Part shown: positions 51,230 through 64,000 of the stretch, one piece after another
Layout of the letters: each line of letters starts with the position of its first letter
Numbering within the stretch: position 1 is the first letter of the stretch
Assembly: GCA_043228905.1 (NCBI GenBank)
Contig: JBHGNT010000018.1
Coordinates: forward strand, 1,178,001-1,242,000
Length of the DNA stretch: 64,000 nt
Source of the DNA: Azolla caroliniana
Lineage: Eukaryota; Plantae; Polypodiophyta
Reading direction: 5' to 3'
The notes under the pieces: model-generated
Told to the model about the DNA's origin: nothing
Database searches by the model: none
What the model saw: only the letters and a program-made list of their open reading frames with translations
Translations under genes and position numbers: made by a program

Positions 51230-51700
51230 TGTGTTTCACGATTTTCTTCTATCTCTCTTCCCATCTATTGAAAGATTTGGATTGATTCTTGGATTCTTAA
51301 TAATAATTATTCTAATTCACTATACTCATGAAATTCATGAAATTCTTACCTTCCTCTTTCATATTCTTATTAGCCTTAAACTTCTCCTCCTCCCAGTCCA
51401 AAACCTCGGCAGTTCCCACCCAACTCACATAACGACCCGACGCCGAAAGGCACGACACAATTGGTGAACCCGATTTGAACGCAAGCGGCAAGGAGATGGA
51501 GAATCAACAAGAGGCTAACAACATGATGACGATTTTCAAGCGGATGCTACAAGAACAACACGCGATGTCGGAGATTGTGGCGGCAATAGAGCAGCTCGTG
51601 CAACGAAACGGGCAATTCAATGGGAAGGATGTGTCACGTTATCTACGAGACTACAAGGCGGAGATGCTGCGATGCGGGATATCAGAAGGATTGCAAGTGA
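51230..51700 (+). mobile_element. Fragment of a C/E-family Gypsy: LTR end, Trp PBS, gag start
   Basis: cacgaca ends at 51457; PBS TGGTGAACCCGATTTGAA 51462-51479; FNGKDVSRYLRDYKAEM aligns with E FGGKDAKSYLEAY-AEM. Confidence 0.8.
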
Positions 51701-51786
51701 CATCCACATCCGGATTCGACCTCGGCCGAGTTGCTCATCAACACTGTTCTTCTCACTTCCCATCCGGAGGGACCTATTTCCTAACA
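51701..51786 (-). mobile_element. 5' tip of a B-family Copia LTR
   Basis: Reverse complement tgttaggaaataggtccctccggatgggaag..gaagaacagtgt..aactcggccgagg matches ~6188-6255. Confidence 0.85.
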
Positions 51787-52606
51787 CCTAGTGGTAAGTT
51801 GTTATGCTACTATTGCCTATGTCATGTTTTCCTCATATTCTCGTATATACGTTTTATGAGTTTTTGAACGTTTGATTATAATTTATAATGACACATTTTG
51901 ATTCAATCTCTATAGTTCTTACTCATTTTTTTGTAAAGTTCTAAAGTGAGGATGATAGAGATGTCTTGATTCGCATCCCAAAAGTATGCATGTGATACAA
52001 TGCAAATATTGCAACCATACTTATGTTGGTAGTTCACAATGGATTAGAGTTCACTTATTGGGTTTGAGAGTGAATCAATATATAATATGGACCCTAGTCA
52101 ATCAAATCCAACTTCGAGATGATTTACCATACATGTTTGATTGAATCATTCTTGAATGCGAGTGCGTGTATGATACGTATGCTTCATTCTATGCCTGTAG
52201 CCATAAAACACATTATGCAATAGCTATGCCTGATGGGTTTCGGCACACCACAAAAGGAACATGTCAGTTTCTTTGTGTGAACGTCTATATATAGTGGATG
52301 ACCACATGATGCCCAGCCAAGAGGAAAGCTCTCCACAAACAAAGGAATGGTCTTTCATAGGGAGGTGTTCAAAAGCGGCGAAAGAACTCGAGTTATCAGT
52401 GCTTGCAGTCCGGCACATTGCCCTACAGAAAGGGCACCAAATATATGCAAAGATTTTATGATGTAAGTTCATATACAATAGTAGCTCACCAAGCTTAAGA
52501 TTATTATGATTCAAAAATTTTCCCCTGTTTTCATGTTGATCCAAAGTCAAGCACAATAAGTGTGTGAGGATCTCCGATCTAGTATATCATGTTAAAGGGT
52601 TTAAAC

Positions 52607-52680
52607 TTTAGGGTTTAGGGTATAACCGTATATGTATGTATGCATGTATGTATAATATATGTATATGTTTGTAAACCCTA
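52607..52680. promoter_or_regulatory. Telo-box motifs upstream of SNAPC3
   Basis: TTTAGGGTTTAGGG at 52607-52620 and AAACCCTA at 52673-52680, just before a GC-rich putative first exon. Confidence 0.5.
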
Positions 52681-53284
52681 TATCCTAAATATATGTACTG
52701 TGTACATACAGTATATGTTTGTACAGTATGTTGTATATAGCTATCTGATCTAGTCGGCCATGGTGATGGGAAGCTCCCCGTATCGTCGACCTGCGCAACC
52801 AGGAGATCATACGTCCTCGCCTGATCGCCCTGCGCTCTGGCTCCTCCCTCGCCTTGCAGCCTGATTTTGAATACCCACCCTAAAACGGAGCTCATCCAGA
52901 GTAAGGATTCTTTGCCATTCATTCTCTCATGACATGCGTAGATGTGTATGCACATATGTATTGTATTGTCCACTCATACCCGTAAATAACTAACTATGCG
53001 GTGCACACATTTGTATGTGTAGAAGCATGCATGTACATACAGTATGCATATTGTATTTGCTTGGACATGGTCCCTACGCTTAAAGGAACAGTGGGGATGG
53101 TTTTATTAGGGATTCCGATGCTAAAATTGCTGAATTTCTCTAGTTTATTACTTAACTCTCTGGAAAGATTCTCCACTTCTGTCCTTAAAAGGTAGTAACC
53201 ATTTTTGGCATTTTCAACCATCTCGATGGTTGTTCCCTCTGCCGATCACTTGAGAATCACGTCTAATAAAAACAAACTATATGG

Positions 53285-53467
53285 ACACACACATAGATAG
53301 ATAGATAGATAGATAGATACAAACATACACACACACACACTCACATACATACATACATACACATATACATATACATATACATACATACATTCATTCATAT
53401 ACATACATACATTCATTCATATACATACATACATTTATTCATATACATACATACATTCATTCATACA

Positions 53468-53499
<32 letters not shown>

Positions 53500-53610
53500 C
53501 TTTCACACACACATACACACATACACACATACACACATATGCACATACACACATACGCACATACGCACATACGCACATACACACATACACACATACACAC
53601 ATACATATAT
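53285..53610. repeat. (GATA)/(CA)/(CATA)n microsatellite field, probably in the first SNAPC3 intron
   Basis: Directly visible. Confidence 0.9.
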
Positions 53611-53658
53611 AATATATATTGTTGTAGAAGTGAAACCATACTTATTGAACTACGTAGA

Positions 53659-56600
53659 ATGGAAGAAGATACAATGGACATGGACAATTCCATGGAAGAG
53701 GAGGAGATGTTGAAGTCTTTTGTTGAAGGTTCGGACATTGGAATAGCTGCTCATTCAAGCAAAGAATTGATTTCCGGTGCCCTTGGCGGACCTCTATCCT
53801 TTCCAGATTTTGTATCTCCTCTTGTTCATATCAGAAGCTTTCAGGATTCCCACATCTCTATGTTGATGGTGAGTAAATCTTAAACATGTTTTACATTTTA
53901 TGTATGTTATAATGAAATATAAATCATCATTATTAGTATGGAAAATATAATTTACAAATGGATGCAACCATGGCATGAAAGAGATGTGATGCATATGCAT
54001 ATTTAGGCCTTAATCAGATTTTCGACATAGTTACATTAAATGTATGTCCATATGGTTAAAATTGATGTTTTCTTAACATAAAATATATAGAAAAGGTTGC
54101 AATGATGGCCTGAAATAGACGTTATGCACTCACACATCGTGGTTTTGAGACACCTGTGTGAAAACATTGTTAGATATTTAACATATTAACATAATATGTA
54201 ACACTAACGAGAAATAATATTTTTAAACGTAAAAATGGCTGCAACTATGGACTAAAAAGATGCTATGCAATTGTGCATGTATATATTGCATTCCCATAAA
54301 GACAAAAATGGACACCAGGATTACAAGAACTGCTCTTGGTGGTACATTGGCATATTATCTAGCTACTAAATCTACAGGAAAGAATGTAGAAATGGATACA
54401 AGCATGGCCTGAATGAGATGTTAGTTTACCATAAAATTCATCTGGAATGTGATTTCCTTTCTTAAATAATGCATGTTTTCAATGATTAAATAGTAAAAAC
54501 TCGAGAAAAGAATCTGGAAATGGATGTAATCATCTATGTTATTTTGTACAATTTATAAGCTCAAATACAAAATGGAGAAACAAGTACATTTGCGTTTGTA
54601 AATGAAAATGTTGTCTGAGCAGTGTGTAATGCATAACATGCAGGCCCTTCAAGCTGAGCTGAATAATCCATCCATACAACTTGCTGAGGACTCTGATATT
54701 TCGTAAGTACTAACAGCTTCATTCTATATGGCAATTTCTATTGTGTTCATAAACTTTCAAGGCAAGAGGACTACATTCATTTTGTCATAACATTTGTTTT
54801 TAATGTTACTTGATGATGGTCCATATTCTCAGTCTTTTCAGAGAGATTTAAGAAAACTGTAACTGATTATTTTTATTCTAGGGTGGATGATCTCAAAATT
54901 ATTTCACAAGAGGAGTTTTTAAACCGTGCTTTGAAGACCATCATAGAGGTGATTTTTCTGATATTTTTTCCTCTTTTAAAAAAACTAGGCACGAGTTCTC
55001 TTATGCTCTAGGCATAACCCAGTAGTTATTGCTCTGTCTTTATTCCACTGTTAAATAGCTATTAATAAAATGTACATATCTCAGAGCACGACCTAAATAA
55101 ACATTTATGAACACATGATGTGGTACTTCTGTTTAAAGCTTTTCCTTTTTAAGTTTTCCTTGTAATGAAATTCAGGACAATGCAAAAGAAGCAATTGATG
55201 GTGTTTCAGAGGCCCAAACAGAACAGGACAGCTCATCAAATCCAGAGACTTCCAAAAAGCGTGCTAAATTGAAGTTAAAGAAAGGGAGGCCTTCTGATAG
55301 GTGTCAACGAGCTGATGCGTGGGATATAGTAAGATATTTGTTTAGTCCTTGTGTCATATAAGAAGTCTCTAGAAGCCCGGAAATGTTTGGGGGCTATTTA
55401 TCAAGCTACTGCCATTTTCTAAGGATTCTGGAAACTTTTTTTAATTTTATGATGGAGATTTTTCAAATATTGTCACACTTTCACCATAAATTAAGGAAGT
55501 ATTAGTAATTTTCACCAAAAATAAGCTAAATATTGGGAAATTCTGAAAGATTGGTCTTATTTTCTACATTTTCAGGATTTCATTATCTATCAATTTGCCA
55601 TGCTACCTATAAATCTTATGAAGAAGGATTTAGTGGTTTCGCTATCCTAGGTAGAACATCTTCCATTCATTTAATACATTATAATTGTAGAGGGGTTCCA
55701 TATGTCAGCATCATTGTAGAGGTGTCTAAGTGCTTATGCATGTAGAAACGATAGTGCCATGATTGATAGCACACATGTGTGTCCCTTGTTAGAATGGGGA
55801 ATCACTAGAAAAGAGTGTAAATTATAGTCATGTATCAAATATATTGCTGGTTCTATGCTTGTTTATCCACTCAAAATTACTAATTATAATTATCCGAAGA
55901 ACAGCATGTGCAGAATAGCTGTTATTCTGAAGGATCTCTGCATGAAAGATTAAGAACTGAACATGAGGCTGCAAAAGCAAATTGCCGACTTCTTTCTTTA
56001 AGGTGTGAGCTGATATGATACCGAAATATGTTTTTTTTTTACCTAAGTTAATTTTACTGGTAAATTGGCTTTATCTTACATTATGTACTTGGAGAATACA
56101 AGTTTCATGCTCAATGTTTTTCTTCCCAACATTGTCTATATTTGAGAGAAATGTCGAAGGAGACAGGAAGCTGTATTAACATTTGTACTAGGCCTGAATG
56201 GCTTATGAGATCAAAAAGAGATTACATTTGAAAACTTCTTTTATACATGTGAGTAACCAAAGAAATAAGAAGGAATTAATTTAAATATCTTCAATATTCT
56301 TTTTTCCAACCATCATATCTCCGATGTGAGAGATGCTGAAGAAGAAAGAAAGCAGTGTGAACATATGAGACAAAAATTGCTTATGAGACTAAAAGAGATT
56401 ATGCTTGAAAACTTCATGTATATACGAGAATAAGGAAAGAAATAATAAACACTGAGAGGGGAAGGGAGGAAGGGTGAAGGAATACAGTTATGAGATTGTA
56501 CTTTGAAAACCATGATCAGGAGCTGGATGTTTTTGTATGCTGTGTATGTCTTCCAGTAATATAATGTTTCACTAAAGAAGTGTGTACCTGGTAATCATAG

Positions 56601-59600
56601 ACGTTGTGTTGCATGCGTGCTTACACACACACACACCCAGATTAAAAGTAATTGGGGAGGAATCTGGATTTCTCAAATGTTCTCTTACACACATAATTAG
56701 CAGAGGATAGACAAGGATCATAGTCTCACCATCATATATGCTTATATATGCAGTATCAAGAAGCCAGGAGCAGCAGAAGTTTGTTTGGAAAGTAGTGACC
56801 GAATCCAAACTTCAAATTTCTTTGCTTATCCTGTCATGGTATGTGTTAGTTTTCTGATATTGAGAAAATGTTAATGACATTTATTTCTTTGTTTTATTTT
56901 GTTTGGTATTGAAGAAACACAGATGAAGACTTAATATCCTTCAATTGTGGTAAGGTTTAGTGTGGGATTCAAACTATAATGCCCTCAAGAAAACTTGATA
57001 CAAATTCTGGAAAGGTTACTTGTGGGAAATCTGAGGAGATTCATCAAAATAGCAGTTTAGAAGACAGAGGTTGAAGAGATGCAGACAAAGTTCAATATGA
57101 GTTCCCTATCTATAATGTCCTTGATGTCTTTGAAGATATCTGACAGAGATTTTAGTATTTTCTATCTCAGTTTTGTTGTGTCTGAGCTAGATAATTAAAT
57201 GTTATGGTAAGCACAGTTTCAAACAAAGAGTAATTTTAAGGAAAGACGAGCAAAAATAGAAATGTGTAATCATCAAGGAATACGAGAGGAAAGCCTTTAC
57301 GTTTGTATAGTTACTATTTAAGTTCAGATGTAAGAAACTTAACTAGGTGATAGTATATGAGGCAAAATAGAGGTGACATGAAGACCTCGTTGGAGAAGAG
57401 CCAAACAAGAATCAAGGAAAAATTTAAGCAAAGATCAAAGTCCTCATCTCTCCAAAAGAAGTTCGCCTATTGTCGTCTGTGTATATAAGAACCCTTATAA
57501 GTAGTTTCATCCGAGAATCTGCTATATCTGTTATGAATCTTGCTGTAAAGGTGCAGCAAAGTCGATTGACTTGATATTGGGAGAGGCTGGAATTAATTTC
57601 ATCCGAGAATCTGTTATATCTCTTACTAATCTCTTGGGAGAGGGTGCAATATATCTACAGTGAATTTATGTGGAATGGCATACCAGAATAGTAACAATTG
57701 GAAAAATAAAACTGTGGATCATACATGCAGACATTGGGCAATGATTGCATTTTTGTTTGGTTTACTGTGAATTCAGATATAATGTGAAATAAGTTATAAA
57801 TCATTCAGTTGTAATAGTAGATTTGTATTTCAGATATAATTAGTGTTAGGAAGCTCTTTATTATTCTTCCTGCTTTTTCTCCGGTTAGTGATTAATCTCT
57901 ATGTTTGTATACTTTACTTTTCATAATATCCGTTTGCTTTTTGTTCAAAGTAGGCAAAGAATCTTATATTATGTATGCCATATAATTTCACTTTATTTTG
58001 CACCAATAAACTGTTAATATTTTCGGTATGCTGCATCATAAATGGAATTTGCTGAGCATTCGTATTTCATCAGAAATGCAAGTATCTATGAAGAGATGTG
58101 AGAAATATGTGATGGTGGAAGCAGTTATCCATATTTACATCCATGTTTATAATTCTTGCTGAGAACTGCTTTTGCTGTTCCATATTTCCCTTCTCCCTCT
58201 TGGTAATCAGTGTTTTAACTTTGTAAATTGGAAGTGATTCTCTTAACTATCTTATCATTCCTGCAGATTGATAAAACAGCAATAGGAAATGCTATTGAGC
58301 AAGTTTCACCATTTGAAATGGTCTTGTGGATCGATGTTCGAGGACGAACGAAAAGGCAAAAGGTGCTCCAACATTGAAACTGTTTGAAATTGAGATAAGA
58401 GTTCGAATTTAAATCAATAGTGGAAATTAATGTAAAAGCATGTGGATTAATGTAGAAGGTTTTCCTTTCGCTTTCTGCTAGTTCTGCCTTTCATTAGAGG
58501 ATTGAAGTTCATTGACTGTCTTTTTAGTTACCTTTGTATATGTTTATATATTTTACTAATTCTAGCATTGTTATATATTTTAGTTACCTTTGTATATGTT
58601 CATTAAGTTCCAATGTAGGATACGTTGCATCCTTAAAGTTTTAATGCAATGTATATTATACTATCAATCTGTTGACTAGCATAAACAAAAGCTTTGAATT
58701 GCTACATTCCTGAGTGAACCTGTTCTCTTTGTTTGATATTAATACAGGATCAAGGTTTCCTAGTCCTGGGAAGTCAGATGCTAACTATTCTGAGAGACAA
58801 GATTTACTGTCTGGCAGATGAGCTAATGAGGAAAGCAAATTTCTATGTTCCATCAGGGTATTTCTACATTGAGGTCTGTGATCCATTTTTTCACTTATCA
58901 GTACGCTTCAAAAGTGAAGTAGAACTCTCAATAATCTTCTTTGGTTGTAACGTCAAGCTTTGTTTTGCATATATGATCGAAAAAGAATACATTCTACAAT
59001 GATCTAAGAGACCCATCAGCAATAGATTATAGTGTTACGATCTTGGACTGGTTGAAAAAAGGGCCAGCTAGAACTGGCATTTATGCACCGAATTCGTGTG
59101 CTGTGAAAATGGAATACACAAAGTTTTTGGATCTCAAGTGCCGTATTGGGAAACGTTATCTTTACTGCCACCAGGTAAAAGCAGCATGGGTGTAATTTTT
59201 CTGGAGTATGAAACTTTTACAAGTTCATTTATACTTGCATGTTTACTGGGTCTTTGTATTTTTTTATTTAGTTCAAAGAAAATCCATACCTGGCATCTTA
59301 ATGGAAATTGTCTTTACCTCACACCTGAGAGGTAACATTCTGATCTATTTTTTTGTTTGTATTTTTGATTCAGGGTAACTGTAAACATGTCCTTGTGATT
59401 CGAGATATGCGGATCATACACAAGGACGACATTCACAATGCACTTTTTTATCCATTAATACGAACACAATTTCGCCTACGACACAATAAATGCAGTATAT
59501 GTCAAATACATCGTGCAAGGAAAGTTACTTACGAGGACAAGAAGTGTCCCCAAAGTCCTTGCTTCTTCTGTGAGTATTGTTACTATTTGCTGCATTATTC

Positions 59601-59652
59601 GGAGGATGGGAGACTTCTGTATGATGACTTCCATGTATATGACTATCCTTGA
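53659..59652 (+). CDS. SNAPC3: snRNA-activating protein complex subunit 3 (SNAP50/SRD2-like)
   Basis: Exons 53659-53868, 54644-54702, 54882-54948, 55176-55328, 55914-56002, one uncertain (~56915-56954), 58267-58362, 58748-58873, 58986-59174, 59374-59652. Motifs FLVLGSQ.L..LRDKIYC, SGYFYIENTFYNDLR, YLYCHQGNCKH, CSIC...PCFFCEYCYYLLHY (zf-SNAP50_C). Confidence 0.9.
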
Positions 59653-60511
59653 GACTCATCAGTGGTAATAAAGAACTGTGAAGGTTGTAAATGATGGTGT
59701 ATCTTAAATTCATTACTTGAAATTGATGGATGTTGGTTAAACAAAAAGGTTTAACCCTTTGTTTGGGGATAATGTTTCATAGAGAATACTTCATTTATAT
59801 GCATTGAACTTGTTTTAAAGTATGTACATTCAACTGCTACATCCGCTGGACGAGCGAACAACCATTCAAAGAAAGCAAAGCCCTCTCCTGCTTGATAGAA
59901 AGATTTTACGCTAATGTGTGCCATGAAGTTTTGGATATGCGTAGTCATTAGCTAGTGAGCTTATTTAAGTAAACCAAAAACGTTCAACATTTTAGGTTTG
60001 CCCTCATACAAGGACCTGTATACACATCAAAGGGGACACTCCTATTGCATACATTACACCTAATATGCATCTAATACTGTGTTAATCCTTACCTAATGTT
60101 CCATTGCGTAAGCTTTAGCAATTTCTGTTTAAGTCTTTAGATGTGTTCATGTACTTGCAGTTTTGAATATATAATTCATGAAATTGTGATGGTTGCACCA
60201 GGACTTTTATGTGCATTAAAGGGAAACACACACCTATTACATCTATTATGTGGTCGGTACTATGTGCTAATCCTTATGCATTTTGATCGAGTAATGTTTC
60301 CATTGTTTAAGGGTTAGCACTTTCTATATAAGATCCTTTAGATGTGCTCGTATTAGTGTTTGTGGTATTAAAGTTTGTAATTGAAAGGTTAAGTTTTTGG
60401 GTTGTAGCATTGAGTGATGGGGTCAATGTTTTGCTTATGTCTAAACATTTGATCAGATTCATTTCAAGTCTTGGTGAGATTCTATTTTCGATTGCTAACA
60501 ATTTATGCATG

Positions 60512-60652
60512 ATGGAGCATGCATTAACTACTTTGGTTAGGAAGTGCACAAAATAAGGTTGTAAGGTCAAATATATGGAGCATGCATTAACTACTTTGGT
60601 TAGGAAGTGCACAAAATAAGGTTGTAAGGTCAAATATATAGAGCATGCATTA
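60512..60652. repeat. 63-bp tandem repeat (~2.2 units)
   Basis: atggagcatgcattaactactttggttaggaagtgc... at 60512 and 60575, partial at 60638. Confidence 0.9.
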
Positions 60653-61650
60653 TCTCATCTATTGGATGTGTTGTTGTAAGTAATACATTCAAAATGTTTT
60701 TTTGTTTGATGTACATTCTCCCTTTTGAGACTTTTCTTCATTTGACGAATCAAGGGGCACTCTCTTATGCTAGGTCTTTATCCCACAATGAGATGCCTTT
60801 GTGTCGATTAATGTTGTTGCATGTGTAGAATATAGATTCCACACTACACACAACAAAGATTCTTATATTTGCAATGTCATCATTTGTTTGTACAATATCA
60901 TTATAACATAATACAATGAAAAGAAGAAGAAAAACAAAAGTGTGTGAATGTGCTTGAGCTCACTCTCCTTGGTTCCCATGTATAAAACTCTTGAACAATC
61001 TTGAACCAAGGGTGCATACATTTACACACTCAGAGTACAATATCTGGTTACAACCTTTTTCCAACAAGGAGGGAAATTGAGGCAAACTGAAGACCATTGT
61101 ATGACAATCCATGTTTAGTGATGGGAAACTAGCATGACTATTCATATGGTCAATTCGTTGTCATTTATGTTGTCCATGAGATTGTGTGCATCTCAATGAA
61201 GTGGGCTCATCTAGAAGAACATGTTACTCCAAAATACTCATCATGCGGTTGCTTGGGGGGGAGCAACTGTGGTGCCTGTGCGTTTCCAGGCTTGCGAGGC
61301 CATGCGTGATTTCCGATTCCTTAGGAACTAGAAAGAGAAGTGTAGAGGCGGGTAGGTGGTCCCATCTATATAGAATGTAGAGACACTCGAGATGACATTC
61401 ATATCTGTAGTTACAGTTTACGAGAATAACCCTACGCCCTTGAGCTTTCAAAAAAGTTAACGAAAATACCCTTCTCTGTCTCCAATATACACACAAAGAG
61501 AGTGTGGGTAAAAAAACCTCCTGCAGGGGTATGCTTTGTGAATATCTAGAACCACAAGCCTATTTGTGTAATTTCCATTATCTTCTTCCTTCCTTCCTTC
61601 ATACACACAGGACACACAAACGTGGATCAATCCTTCTCTGAGAGATAGAG

Positions 61651-61753
61651 ATGGCACTCTGCAGCGAGAGCAGACAAACCGGAGATCTGGGCCCTTCTCT
61701 TGGAACTTCCACAGCTTCTCTCCAGAAATCTGGCTCAAAGTGGTTTCAGCAAT
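61651..61753 (+). other. Possible first exon of an unidentified gene continuing rightwards
   Basis: CT/GA-rich leader, ATG GCA, and a G|GTAATG donor-like site followed by T-rich intron-like DNA; further splice-like sites near 63494-63552; no recognisable product. Confidence 0.25.
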
Positions 61754-64000
61754 GGTAATGCTCTCCTTGCTTTCTCTCTTATTCTTCAAAGAAACCCTTC
61801 CTTTTCCTCGCTTAGGATATGTCCGTTCTTCACATATATCAAATGCTTCATCAGAAATTCTACATTCCTTTGTTGGCTTATGCGCCTGTGCATGCTCTCA
61901 TTCCTTTGTGTTTTTCTGGAAAAGCTTGCTTTGCATGTCTGTGTTGATTCTTTGGCCCATTCCTTTATCTCATATCGGAAATGGGGGATTTGGGAGTTAT
62001 AAATAAGCTCCTCTTCTTCTTAGTTTTCTTATCCCAATCTTGTATTCTTTTATCCCACTTTTAATAGAGCAGGCTGATTTGGAAGATTTAGGCTTAATTG
62101 GCCAAACTTCGATAAATTCTGGTTTGTTTTTCTTTTTTTACTCTATTTAATAGCTTTATTTTTGTTATATTTAGTTAGTTATTTTGCTATAAATAACTAA
62201 GAATATTTTGACACTTCTGCAACAGTCCATACATGTATTCAGGTTTTGGTGCATGGGATTTTAGACGGGAATTACACATATAGATGCATTCAAGTGTTGA
62301 TGAATGAACTTTTGATACTATATAGGGGGGAATTGTACATATAGATATGTGTGCGTTGTATAGGCATACATGTGGTCAAGCTTTTAGACATTAATGTCTA
62401 AGTGAGAATGTGAAGACATCATACAGAGAGACGTCTTTCCATGCAGCCTTCGTCCATGTCATCAAACAAACAAACACCAGACAGAAAAAAACATTTGAGT
62501 TTCATGCTTTCTATCACCCCACTACATAAGGAAAAGTGGTACAAAGCATGGAGACCGCACATATTCATCCAGATTGTTTCGGGACTTAAGAAATGATCTC
62601 AATCTTTGTAGGGGCCTCTAATCGTGATAGCTTTCTAGAACATTTTCTAAGGAGATTCACAAAGGGGGATATCGTGATGGTTCAGATAATTATAACTATA
62701 CAACAATAAGTTGAAAGTTCAACGCGTATCTCTCCATACCCAAAGGTAAAGGGTCCCCTCCATCAAAGCCTTCGTTGGGTATAAATTTGAGTGCCAAATA
62801 TTGAATTCCAGCAATGTAAATTTTATTTCTTTTTATAACTTGCATCAATTGAAGGCACATTTATGCCATTTCCCCGAATTGCATTTTGCTGCTTCCAAAC
62901 ATTCAAACTAGTGTCTCTCAAACTATACTTAGCAATTTTTTTCAGAAATAGGCCATTTTCCCATAAAATGTTTCATCTTTTTGTAAGGACCAAGTGAAGG
63001 TTGTATTTGAAAAGTAAACATAATGCAGCATAGGCAAGATGCCATGTATTCATCTAGGCAAATGTATCTTTTCAAAGACATTTTAGAATGCATATCCAGA
63101 GAGATGGAGATGAGCTTCTTTGTGTTTTGTTGTCGATAGTGGTCATTTGAGCTGGTGCTATATACCATTTTTAACATAATTAACAAGATATTATGAGAGA
63201 GAGCGAAAGTTAGCAACCCTTTCAATGAAAAAACAAGAGATATTACAGTAACTCAAATAGTAGCCTACGTTTTAGCCCATTGAAGTAGGTTGTGACTGTT
63301 TTTTTCCCATTACTTTCACACGAAGGTGTTTTTGAGCTTAGTGTTTTACCAAGAAGGTGAACTGGTTTTAGCACGAAAGCTACTCCCAAGTGAATCCCGT
63401 TTCACCCTAACATTGGTTTTTATGGGTTTGAAACAATATATTAAAGAATGCGGTTTCCAATATTGAACATGCATGTTTTCTATGTTCTTGCAGGGTGCCT
63501 CATGACACTGTTTTGAACTCGGGAAAATTGTCTCTTTTAAAGTGGGTTAATGGTGAGCTCACATATGCTCTTAACTTTGCTATGTGATTATTTTAGCTCA
63601 GAAGTAATTGGGTATATGCGCTTAAAACGTTTCTTATAGGGTCAAGTTCACTTGATTTCAGACACGGATTCCATCAACTTTCATAGTATGGGTCATATTC
63701 CAGAAAAAATAGTTTGACACTCATCTTTCAGTTTTGCTCTGTAAATGACATGTATGGGCTATTGCATATGGTTCTGATCTTATTTTAGGGTTTATTAGAT
63801 TACGAAAGAATTTAATTTTAGTTCTTTCAATAGAAAGACGATTAATCCTTTGAAGAGACCAGAAATATTTTGAAATTGGTGAGGATAATCCTTGAATAAC
63901 TATCTGAAGTTTAAATGGCAAAAAGATAGTGGCCATGAGACAGATAAACAGTGTACTTCTTAGTATCTTTGCAAAGTACCAAATATACGGTTGTGAAAAA

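Larger units (their letters stand above)
50799..52193. repeat. ~420-bp direct duplication (50799-51223, 51787-52193) enclosing TE fragments
   Basis: Long near-identity starting cctagtggtaagttgttatgctactattgcctatgtc; shorter degenerate copies of that motif at ~50397, 50538, 50694. Confidence 0.9.

Noticed and set aside
52607-52620. Interstitial telomere
   Set aside because: Only two units; better explained as a telo-box
62380-62750. Coding exons of the putative gene at the right edge
   Set aside because: No frame gave a recognisable or consistently spliced protein

Overview
This is land-plant nuclear DNA (GT-AG introns, initiator-Met PBSs, telo-boxes, CG/CHG-type decay of repeats); a non-seed plant such as a fern is plausible but is inference. 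1-22 kb is a nested LTR-retrotransposon stack. A young full-length Copia (B, open 1344-aa gag-pol) sits in a deleted Copia (A). A sits in a decayed Gypsy (C), which also hosts a second Copia (D) carrying a Gypsy solo LTR. 26.6-33.3 kb (-) is an intact 11-exon ABCC/MRP transporter apparently lacking TMD0. 36.2-49.6 kb is a short-LTR Gypsy (F) hosting a mini-Copia (G), a full Gypsy (E, same family as C) and a hAT MITE. 53.7-59.7 kb (+) is SNAPc subunit 3 (SNAP50/SRD2). The best novel signal is in the C/E Gypsy family (tRNA-Trp PBS, 4-bp TSD, DHG protease). It ends a gag-protease ORF with (G/U)GAUUUU-stop, a 6-nt spacer and an H-type pseudoknot whose pairing register is conserved with compensatory changes in two diverged copies. 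In E the -1 frame runs straight into pol, making this a candidate pro-pol -1 programmed ribosomal frameshift.
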